From Pseudovirgaria hyperparasitica (taxonomy: Eukaryota), in the NCBI GenBank assembly GCA_010093815.1, contig ML996567.1: a DNA stretch of 64,000 nt; one strand, written 5' to 3'. Positions 1 to 9,856 of this stretch are shown here, piece by piece. The translations under genes were made by a program, and so were the position numbers. How positions within the stretch are numbered: position 1 is the first letter of the stretch; each line of letters starts with the position of its first letter. The notes beneath the pieces are model-generated. The model searched no databases, was not told where the DNA came from, and was given only the letters and a program-made list of their open reading frames with translations.

Positions 1-453
1 AGATTGACATATGTAAGAGGGCTACGCGCTACATCACAATAATATGTCTCTTGTTGTATTACTAACTCGTAGCTCCAGGCCACTTCCCGGGATTCGCAGC
101 CGAGGATGACAGCATTTGGCAGTATCGAAAGGCTTCCCATTGGCTGAGACTTCGTTCGACCCTTCTCCGCGCGACCGGAAACCAATTAGCATTAGCACGA
201 CTGCTGGCCGAGGCCATCGTCATGAATCAGTGCAGTATATCCTTCGGTTCAAAGCGCAGCGATGCGCATTCGTATACACGATCCTGTAATCTTATAGACC
301 TCCTCCGCTCTATAATTCACTCGAGGTATCATACATATATATCTCTCCCCCCAACAGCCGTAGCTATCTTATCGAGTGCCTTAATCGCCATTGGCCGCCG
401 CACACAATTCGGGTCATAGCTCCTCCCAGCCCACCTGCAGCATTTTCGCCACA

Positions 454-2018
454 ATGAATCGCGACAAGCAGAAGCAGTCAAAGCCAAATCAGCTCACCGG
501 GAAAGATATCGCAAAGCACAACTCTAGAGACTCGTGCTGGGTCATTATTCACGGCAAAGCGTACGATGTAACGGAATTCCTGCCAGAGCACCCAGGTGGT
601 CCCAAGATCATTCTGAAGTATGCTGGAAAAGATGCGACTGAGGAGTACGAGCCCATCCACCCGCCTGACACGCTCGACAAGTACCTACCAAAGGAGAAAC
701 ATCTGGGAGAAGTGAACATGGACACTGTCGAGAAAGAAGAGAAAGAGGTGGATCCAGACGAGGAAGCGAGGCTGGAGAGGGTCAAGACGATGCCAATTCT
801 GGAGCAGTGCTTCAATCTTATGGACTTTGAGGCTGTTGCAAGGCGTGTCATGAAGAAGACCGCCTGGGCATACTATTCCAGTGGCGCTGACGACGAGATC
901 GTGAGTTTTAGGTGTCCATACCGGAGCCCAATCGCTTACTCCTGCAACAGACAATGCGTGAGAACCACTCGGCATACCACAAAATATGGTTCCGCCCGCG
1001 CGTCCTCCAGAATGTAAAGAACATCGACTTCTCTACCACGATGCTCGGTACGAAAGTCGACATTCCCTTCTACGTAACCGCTACTGCTCTCGGAAAGCTA
1101 GGTCATCCCGAGGGCGAGGTCGTGCTCACACGCGGGGCGAAGAAGCATAATGTCATCCAAATGATCCCGACCCTCGCATCATGCTCCTTCGATGAGATCG
1201 TCGACGCTCGTGAAGGCGACCAAGTGCAATGGCTGCAGCTCTACGTCAACGCGGACCGCAAGATCACTGAGAAGATCGTCAAGCACGCCGAGGCACGTGG
1301 CTGCAAAGGTCTCTTCATCACTGTCGATGCACCTCAACTTGGTCGCCGCGAGAAAGATATGCGGAGTAAATTCTCGGATGTTGGGTCCAATGTGCAGTCC
1401 AGCGGTGGCAGCGACGTAGATCGAAGTCAGGGTGCTGCGCGTGCCATCTCGAGCTTCATCGATCCTGCACTCTGTTGGGACGATATCCCATGGTTCATGA
1501 GCATCACCAAGATGCCAATCATCCTCAAGGGCGTGCAGCGTGTGGAAGACGTCATTCGTGCGATCGAAGTCGGCGTCCAGGGCGTCGTACTTTCGAACCA
1601 CGGCGGTCGCCAGCTCGATTTCGCACGCTCCGGCATCGAAGTTCTTGCCGAGGTGATGCCCGTTTTGCGCGAGCGCGGCTGGGCCGATCGAATCGAGATA
1701 TTTGTCGACGGTGGTGTACGGCGCGCGACGGACATTATCAAGGCTTTGTGTCTTGGTGCCAAGGGCGTTGGTATTGGGCGGCCGTTTCTATATGCGATGA
1801 GTGCGTACGGACTGCCTGGTGTTGACCGTGCGATGCAGCTGCTCAAGGATGAGATGGAGATGAATATGCGGCTGATTGGGTGCTCCAGTGTGGAAGAGCT
1901 GAACCCGACGCTTGTCGATACTAGAGGACTGAGTATGCACACGACAAGTGTGCCATCAGATACGCTTGGTCTCAATGTTTATGATCCGCTTGTTGGGCCG
2001 AGGGAGTCGAAGTTGTAG
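454..2018 (+). CDS. CYB2: Flavocytochrome b2 / FMN-dependent alpha-hydroxy acid dehydrogenase (cytochrome b5 domain + FMN domain); exons 454-900, 951-2018
   Basis: Heme-binding HPGG motif; AWAYYSSGADDEI|TMREN is restored by a GT-AG intron at 901-950; SNHGGRQLD and DGGVRR FMN motifs; ends in -SKL. Confidence 0.93.
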
Positions 2019-2428
2019 ATGACTATGATGTTTTAAACGTTTCAGGATTGTAGATAGCTATTTGTACTATATACGCATACGATTTAGAGACCCCGTATCT
2101 AGATATTCATGTAGCGTGATCTTATCAGTGTTGTTACAATCACAAATTCCAAGTGATCGGCCAAGTCTATACCCAGTCGCTCCTTAGGTACAAGGTAGTC
2201 AGTCGTCAAAAGATTTCCCATCGTAAGGTATTTGGGGTGGTAAGCGCTTCATACTAGTCCCAATAAAGCATAGCCGGCTCTCCTTAGCAGTCTTGTCCAC
2301 CGTCGGAGATGCTGTATCAATTATCATTATCCATGTCTGGACAGATTGGTCTCCAGTAGGATCCTCTCCATCGTCATGCAGTAATTAGATGTCTGCGTCA
2401 GGTAGCCCGCAGGCTCAGGTTGCTTCAT

Positions 2429-3454
2429 ATGCGTGCGGCATCTGTGTGTCGGTCATCGGCTCCGGACAATCTGCTTTCAGCCTGGAGAAGCTTGTTATGG
2501 CGCCTCTCCGAAAGGTCGCATCATCGACGAGGCTCGTCTTCTAATAGGGGCCCGGACACATCTCACAATCGTAACAAATGGAAGCCAGTGTCAATAGCAT
2601 GTATCTCTGACACGCATGGTTCATGGCACGCCGTTCCAGACGCCGACATTCTGATCCACGCAGGCGACCTGACAACCCGTGGTGATCTCCCTGCCATGAG
2701 AAAATCCATCGAATGGTTAGACAGCCTACCTCATCCACACAAAGTGATCATAGCCGGAAACCACGACTCCTGTCTGGACCAGAACAGCCAATACTACAAC
2801 AGGGCCATCGCCCACACGATCCGACGGAAATTCACGTACCTCCAGAACACATCGACGGTCATCACAACCAGCTCTGGACGCTCGATCCGGATTTACGGCT
2901 CCCCCTTCACGCCAGCTACTCGTAGTTTGAGCATACCCCGGCTGTCCTGTGCATTTAGATATAAGCGCAAACGTGACGTCTGGCGAGGTATAGTTCCCCA
3001 GGACACCGACATCCTCGTCACACACGGGCCACCTCACGGCTTCCTCGATAATCTGCGCGGCTGCAAGCATCTCACGCGAGAGCTATACCGGGTATCCCCC
3101 CGATTGCACGTTTTTGGGCATTACCATGACGGCAATGGTATGCTGGCGCTGGACTCCTGGTCAGTGGAGAAAGTAGTCAGAAGGGTGTTGGAGATGGATC
3201 CAGCCCCGGAACACAAAGTTCTCAGCACACTCAAATCTCTTTTCCAAGTCATGTATTCGTTCCTGCGCATGGTTCGGGGGAGTAGAGCGGGGAACAGCAT
3301 GCTGCTCGTCAATGCGGCTGTGGGCCCTGGATCAATCGTGCCGTCGACCTCTGAGCTCTTGCAGTTGCATCTGGCTGAACGACAGGAGGCCGACGTATCT
3401 GCTAAGGGTGGGGATAAACCGTTATACGGGAGTGCCATTCTAGTGACTATATAG
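2429..3454 (+). CDS. Calcineurin-like metallophosphoesterase, MPPED/239FB-like (paralog A); start uncertain
   Basis: CISDTH, HAGDLT, AGNHD, THGPP and FGHYH metal-binding motifs in the expected order; intronless. Confidence 0.85.
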   Translation: MRAASVCRSSAPDNLLSAWRSLLWRLSERSHHRRGSSSNRGPDTSHNRNKWKPVSIACISDTHGSWHAVPDADILIHAGDLTTRGDLPAMRKSIEWLDSLPHPHKVIIAGNHDSCLDQNSQYYNRAIAHTIRRKFTYLQNTSTVITTSSGRSIRIYGSPFTPATRSLSIPRLSCAFRYKRKRDVWRGIVPQDTDILVTHGPPHGFLDNLRGCKHLTRELYRVSPRLHVFGHYHDGNGMLALDSWSVEKVVRRVLEMDPAPEHKVLSTLKSLFQVMYSFLRMVRGSRAGNSMLLVNAAVGPGSIVPSTSELLQLHLAERQEADVSAKGGDKPLYGSAILVTI

Positions 3455-3854
3455 TCATGACCTCGACTTCTATATGTATTGTATCGCCGACAGCCCAAGC
3501 ATTGGAAGACGGAATAGGTGGGTGGAAAATATAGACACTTGGCAAATACAGGCACAATCTTGTATATCATATCACCTTCAAGCGACTCGCTCCTCATGGT
3601 ATATGAGAATCTACCCGATAAACAAACTTTTCTACTAGCGATTCATCAGGAGCATATCATGCACTGGTTTGTATCCCGACAGTTTTCATCTCGCGCCGTA
3701 TATAGGCATACTGTGAGTGATGTCCTCATACTGTTGAGTCTCTTTACCATTCCGTCTTACGCTTGTTCCGTATTGATATCGAGGCAGTGTATCGAAGTTG
3801 TCCTTTTAGCTCCTTACGATTTCCAAGCTCAGTCCTTATGAATCTTGCAAATCT

Positions 3855-4320
3855 AGGTGTTATTGATAGTGGTGATAGAATCTTACCTAGGTTACTAAGA
3901 TAGATAAATAGACTATGAGTATGTTAGCTATAGAACATCCTTCTTTACCATCCTAAGTTTGCTTACCGTACTATACTAATATACTATTTATTATATAATA
4001 GAGTTATTTTAGTCTATCTAATAGAAGATAGAAATATAATAGTAGGGCTCTATATACTGTAAGGACCCAATCATGCGATATAATTAATTAGCTAATTCTT
4101 AAATCTCTAGGTCTATTAGTAGCTTACTCTAGATAATTATAATAAATTATTCAAGCCTTAAGAAAGACAAGATTAAGTAATGTATTTATGATTATATACT
4201 ATTCATAGAGGAGAACAGTAGAAAGACATAAAAATATAATATAGACCTTGAGTACTAGAAAGAATATCCGTCAAGAGATTTAATTAATTAGTGATTGGAT
4301 GACCTTAGACCCTTTGATTA
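3855..4320. mobile_element. AT-rich, TpA-enriched segment; probable RIP-degraded repeat/TE relic
   Basis: Abrupt AT-rich block with dense TA/TAG/CTA and few CA/TG; no credible ORF; element family not recognisable. Confidence 0.55.
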
Positions 4321-4497
4321 TTGGGTAGCGCCTTGGCAGTGGGCGTGCATTTACCAAGACACGCCGGGCGCCAAAGCTATATATATACTGAGAGTCCCTC
4401 CCACAGAGCGTCTTCTCAAGCAAGCCAACCTTCTCTACAACACTTCCGTGTAAGCATTCACCTCTACTTTTCTGCACTCTCGAGACCTAAAAGTGCA

Positions 4498-5403
4498 ATG
4501 TCCCTCTTCGCAAATGACAACAGTCTCAGTGCTCTCATCAACAGACCACGTCCAAGCCGATGGGCACTATTCCTCAAAGAACCCTGTGTTTTTATTGCTC
4601 GGACGCTCTACAGCTGGCGATATGTTCTTCCTAGCGATCCAATAAATCCAATCACTGTGGTATGCATTTCAGACACGCACAACAGCCAACCACCAGTTCC
4701 TGCAGGGGACATACTTATACACGCTGGAGATTTGACCCAAAGCGGCACTCAGGAAGAGCTCGCTGCGGCTATCGAATGGCTGAAGGCCTTACCTCATGCA
4801 CACAAAATTCTCGTAGGCGGCAACCACGACGCTCTCCTTGATAAATCCTTCACCCGGCACAGATCTGACCGGGTCATGAAAGGGCTTGACTGGGGAGATT
4901 TGATATACCTGGAAAGGGAGAGCGTGGTAGTGTCTTGCTCGAATGGGCGACGCATCTCGATATATGGAAGCCCGATGTCGCCGCGTCATGGGAACTGGGC
5001 TTTTCAATATCCACGGACGGAAGATATATGGACAAACACTATTCCATCTGATCTAGATATTCTTATCACTCATGGTCCACCGAAAGGCCATCTCGACTGT
5101 GGCGGGCTCGGCTGTGCGTTTCTGCTTCGGGAGATCTGGAGAGTAAAACCCAAGCTTCATGTGTTCGGACATGTCCACGAAGGGCATGGCAAGGAATGGA
5201 TCCCGTACAGTGTTCTTCAGGAGGCATATGAGGCTACGGTTGTGATGCGCGGAGGACTCAGCAACATGATCTGGACGGTCTGGATGTATCTGAGGGTAAG
5301 GTTCGCACCGCCTACAAAGTCGAGCACTTTGTTGGTCAATGCAGCACAAGTAGGCGGACTGAGAGATGAGGTTAAGAGGGCTCCCATAGTAGTGCGAATA
5401 TAA
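4498..5403 (+). CDS. Calcineurin-like metallophosphoesterase, MPPED/239FB-like (paralog B)
   Basis: CISDTHN, HAGDLT, GGNHD, THGPP and FGHVHEG motifs; ATG at 4498 (MSLFAND...); intronless. Confidence 0.9.
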   Translation: MSLFANDNSLSALINRPRPSRWALFLKEPCVFIARTLYSWRYVLPSDPINPITVVCISDTHNSQPPVPAGDILIHAGDLTQSGTQEELAAAIEWLKALPHAHKILVGGNHDALLDKSFTRHRSDRVMKGLDWGDLIYLERESVVVSCSNGRRISIYGSPMSPRHGNWAFQYPRTEDIWTNTIPSDLDILITHGPPKGHLDCGGLGCAFLLREIWRVKPKLHVFGHVHEGHGKEWIPYSVLQEAYEATVVMRGGLSNMIWTVWMYLRVRFAPPTKSSTLLVNAAQVGGLRDEVKRAPIVVRI

Positions 5404-5418
5404 GGGCGCGTCCCTCCG

Positions 5419-5997
5419 TCAGACAAACAAAACATGTGGTTCATGTACATTGATGTTCTTCTCGAAAAACCATTCGCTGCGAGTAGCCTCATCTGCAGAC
5501 TGGCCTTCGCTGTCGGGAATGTCTAGTAAGATATCGAGCTTCGGTACGCTGTCCAGCCAAGAGGGCAATTTTTCCAACACCTTGGGCTGTTTCTGTAGTT
5601 CATCTAGTTCTTCGTTGGTGATAATGGAAGGTGCATCTCTTGGCAAGCCCCTTTCCGCCAAGTTGTTGAACGCGTAGGCTAGATACCGAGGGAGAACAGC
5701 GAGAATAGCGTAGCGCTCTGCATTGCTATCTTTGGGGTCTGGTATCGCCGAAACGGCCCAGTCAGAGTGGTTGTAGAACCACTCAATCTCGCTACGGAGG
5801 CCAATATTGTAGTCGAGAACGATATATTCGTACATTCGATACAGGGACGCGAGAGGGCTCACCCCCTGCGTTTTTGCTGGGCGGTGACGGCGCTTCTGAA
5901 GGATTGTTCGAACATCATCGGGAAGCTGCGCCGCATTTGTCTTGGTTTTGGGCGTTCTGAGCCAGTGGAATATACGTTCGAGTCGTGCGAAGGGCAT
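5419..5997 (-). CDS. Protein of unknown function (192 aa), putative partner of the adjacent nucleotidyltransferase
   Basis: Intact ATG-to-stop ORF with globular composition (PLASLYRMYE, IPDPKDSNAERYAILA, AFN..ERGLPRD, LPSW, FFEKNI). Confidence 0.8.
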   Translation of the reverse strand: MPFARLERIFHWLRTPKTKTNAAQLPDDVRTILQKRRHRPAKTQGVSPLASLYRMYEYIVLDYNIGLRSEIEWFYNHSDWAVSAIPDPKDSNAERYAILAVLPRYLAYAFNNLAERGLPRDAPSIITNEELDELQKQPKVLEKLPSWLDSVPKLDILLDIPDSEGQSADEATRSEWFFEKNINVHEPHVLFV

Positions 5998-6545
5998 GGT
6001 TGCTGGAAGGACGGCGCGATCAGAAACTCCTCATGGCTTCGAGCTTCGAGCTCGCCGGGCAGATCACATTTAAGCGCTCTACGGTCATCGGCAATACTTA
6101 CTTCCGCGCTAAGCTGTATGAGCCACGACACAAACATAGTGAATTGCGGCACAGTTAATATCGTTTCGTTAGCCGCTGAACTGGACGGTACACTGGTGTC
6201 GCATTGGATCAAACGTTCTTCATCGTTCGTCTTTCGGACTCTACAATGTACACACCAGAAGCAACATGAGCATGAATTATTAAGATACATCCTATGAGAG
6301 CAGGCTGATTAGCCGCTGCGACTATTCTATTTCAAATATGAATGCGGAGTGCTCACAGGTAACTCGACCTCGACGCCGCAATATGTCGAGCTATAAGAGC
6401 TTCGTCGTAGTTCCTATGGAGGCTATCATCAATTTCCTTACAACCTTTGTTCATTCCAGAAAACCAATCGAACGTGCTTGTATATCTAGCTATCTCCGAG
6501 TTCTATCTGTTTCTTTTCAATCTACGCATCTTATCATCCTTGAAC

Positions 6546-7271
6546 ATGGGCTGCAATGTTTCCGTACCGAATCGCGCTCCCAGCCCGAGTCAATTACTAG
6601 AGCTAGCCCCTGTGGCACACCCTGGGCAGCAGTCACTTGCTCCCGAGCTCAATCGAGACACACTTGTCAGAGCCCTTGAAAATGTCGCAGCCTATCTCAA
6701 GAGCAAAGGCATTAGTATCACTGTCATCGCCGTTGGGGGCGCAGTGAACACCATCTTTTGCCGTACTCGCGGTACTACGCACGATATCGACTTCTTCAAT
6801 TCAATACTCAAGGACAAGGAGTTCAAGGCTATCATTGAGGCATCTAGCTACGCACGGTCCAAGGACCGGCAGCTTCAAAGCGATTGGTTCAACAACCGGA
6901 CCGTACTCTTCGTCCCGCGATCTCAGCGAGATGCATTGACACGTCGAGCCATAGCACAAAATGAAGTTGTATTTCAAGCCAAAGGCCTTACAGTACTCGC
7001 CGCACCCTGGGACTACGCGATTGCGGCGAAGTTGAACCGGTTGACTGGGTCATCAGGAAGTGGCAAACCCTCGAAGCCTTACGATATGTCTGATGCAGCG
7101 ACGTACTTGGAACGGTACTTGCGTAGCAAACGTGCCAAGGGTATCACGAAGAGTCAAATCAAGGCATGGGCGAGACTATATGAAACACATTGTTCAGATC
7201 AGGTCATTGCCCAGCTCGACGCTGAGTACCAGAAACAGTATAAACTCAAAGTAATCGATATGTCCCGCTGA
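6546..7271 (+). CDS. Pol-beta-superfamily nucleotidyltransferase, AbiEii/DUF6036-like (241 aa)
   Basis: VGGAV...RGTTHDIDFF (GG...T-x-D-x-D), IAAKL and KPYDMSDA motifs match the AbiEii-type pattern; N-terminus is MGCNVS. Confidence 0.78.
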   Translation: MGCNVSVPNRAPSPSQLLELAPVAHPGQQSLAPELNRDTLVRALENVAAYLKSKGISITVIAVGGAVNTIFCRTRGTTHDIDFFNSILKDKEFKAIIEASSYARSKDRQLQSDWFNNRTVLFVPRSQRDALTRRAIAQNEVVFQAKGLTVLAAPWDYAIAAKLNRLTGSSGSGKPSKPYDMSDAATYLERYLRSKRAKGITKSQIKAWARLYETHCSDQVIAQLDAEYQKQYKLKVIDMSR

Positions 7272-8255
7272 TGAGTCTGCCTTCCTCTGATCAGCGTTGG
7301 ATCAACCACAATTACGACTAACTTGCGAATTTTGGCAAGTACTAAGAGATATTCTCCAGAGGTACCAGCATGGACGGACGCGAAGTAGAATGTCATCTTA
7401 CAGGCTAATGGGTAAGGTTTGGTCTCATACTATCTGACTGATGACACTTTATGTACAATTTCGTATATGGGGATGTATTATAGAAATGAGCACGATCAAT
7501 GGTAGAACCAAACACCTTCGTACCGTGGAAAGACAAGTAACCATCAACCAAGCCGCGCTCCTCCATGCTCGTCTGATTTTCGTACGATTGAAATCGACGA
7601 TCCTACTTCCCTTGAACATGACGCACAGCTGCACCGCCAGGTGAACTTGTCTTGAACGTTCCCACAGCATGACAATAATCAGAAATACGCAGATAGCCTG
7701 CCGGCTCATCGATTGAGTCAAAGCAGACAATAGTGAGTGCTAGGGGGATATTGCAATGAGGATGCTTCAATAGACTCACAGCACAATAGAGGTTGTATCC
7801 ATATCAGCAATACGCTGGGATACTTGATATATCACATTGTTATTATAGACGGAACATGCAATGCTCCTCGCTCCATTTGCACTGTTCACCGCACCCCGCC
7901 CCTGAACAGGTTTGCCAAGCTCACTTCAACAATCAGTGATGCGCATTCACAGATTCACTTCCTTCGGCGACAATAGTAATTGGCTATTGCTTGTCGTTCG
8001 CCGATTGCCCTATTGAGCCCTATTGAGCACAATCTTCTCGCTAGGCATCCTACCTGTATATATTCTCGTCGTCGCACTTCCCACTCTCTTCTTTTTCTCT
8101 TCTTCAAGCATCTTTCACGCTGCAAATTTTCCCCAAATTTTTGCTGCCTACTTACCAAAGTCCTATCATCAATCTCCTTTATCTCTCTTCAATCCTTCTT
8201 CCAACCTTCTCCAACCCTCTTCAACTTTCTTCAACCTCCTTCAAACTTCTTCAAC

Positions 8256-9856
8256 ATGGCAAAGAATACTTCTACCCGTGCTGCTGTCGCCAAGAGGCAA
8301 GCTTCCGTACCAGTGTCGAGCAGGAAGGCTGGTAAGGCTCCGGCCACAACCAAAAGCTCGTTGGCCAAGCGTGAGTATCCCCTCCTATGTTTCACATGGT
8401 TGATCGATTCTAACTGGAATCAGCCTCGGAGCCTGATGTCATGGAAGGCATCGAAGATAGTAGCTCCGGCCTGTCAGATGCCCCAAGCTCTCCTGAAGTT
8501 GTCTCCTCCAAGCGCAGGCGCATTGGAGGTGCTGAGGCCAAGAAGCCTGTTGCCAAGTCTACCGGAAAAGCAGTTTCTCGTGATGATCAGGTCGACGATG
8601 ACACTGCCGAAGCTTCCACCGGATCCAAACGCAAGAGGGGCGCTGGCGCCTCCTCAGCTGACAACGTACCGTCCAAGGCAACCCAGGCCGCAAAGACGTC
8701 GAAATCCGCATCTACAGCGCAGAAAGACGCAGTTCCCTCCCCTCCCAATCCCGCCCCCCTTGTCCCTGTCTCCCGCGCCGAGAAGATCCGCAATTCAAGG
8801 CTTCTCTTCGACCAGGCTTTTGACATGGAACCACTCATTGCCGCCGCCAGAAATTCTCAGGACTGTCTCAGTGCTGACACCAAACGTGAGTCTCGCCCGT
8901 TCAAGCTGGGCCGATACGACGGCACCGTCGACCAAATGACCAGGTTGGCATTCAACCTCAAGTCCACCGATGGCGACATCAAGACCCTCTCCCACCCACC
9001 CCCCATGGACTGGACCAACAAGCAAGCAATCACCACGCTGAACAAGTGGTACGTCCAGATCTACTCCCGCACAACCGGCGGCCGGCTCCGCCAAATCGAC
9101 ATCTTCAACGACGAGGAAAAGCTCCTCATCAAGCACGAAGTGCAGAAGAACCGCTCCCTCACAATGAGGGACCTCACCACCTCCATCACAAAGACCCTCA
9201 ACGACAAGTTCGAGGGCAAGAAGACCGCCACAACCCCGGAAGGCCGCCCCCGCCGCGGCATCACCTCCGTCAACGCCTTCCTCAGCAAGTACCGCGCAGA
9301 GTACCAGGCCGCCGCCCCAGTCGCCTCCTCGTCCGCCGCGCCCTCCTCCTCCAGCTCCGCCGCCCGCCGCATCACCGCCTCCCTCCCCCCAGCCCGCGTG
9401 CTGCCCAACTTCAAGAAGCACGCTTCCAAGCACGCCTCGCCGCCCTCGACCTCCTCCGCCACGCAGACCGACCCGGCCGCCCTCGCAGCCGACAGCATCG
9501 CCCTGCCCGCGCACCACGCCGCCCTCGCGGCCAAGGACGCCCTCATCGCCGCCCTCCAGGCGGACAACGGCCGTCTGCAGACGGACCTCGACCTCGCGCG
9601 CGCAAAGGTTGCCGAGAAGGCTGCGCGCGTCCGTGAGCTGCGGCGCGAGGTCCTGGTCAAGGAGACGAGCCTGGAGGGCATGAGGACGTTCCACCGCCGG
9701 GAGATGGCGGCGTTGAAGGGCGAGCTGCCGGCGCCCGGGAACGATTTCAGAGACGCGGCGCTGAGGGATGAGGAGGTGGAGGGGTTGGCGGAGATTGTTC
9801 CGGAGGAGTTGGTGGAGGAGGAGGAGTTTGTCCGGGAGGAGGTGGTGGAGGAGTGA
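8256..9856 (+). CDS. Hypothetical nuclear protein (~515 aa): basic disordered N-terminus, possible Myb/SANT-like helical domain, coiled coil, acidic tail; exons 8256-8370, 8424-9856
   Basis: Intron GTGAGT...CTAAC...CAG at 8371-8423 joins MAKNTSTR in frame to ORF 8441-9856; NLS-like KRRR and KRKR; strong codon bias. Confidence 0.8.

Noticed and set aside
5767..6297. ORFs in the divergent spacer between the unknown gene and the NTase
   Set aside because: Non-protein-like translations that overlap the better ORF at 5419-5997.
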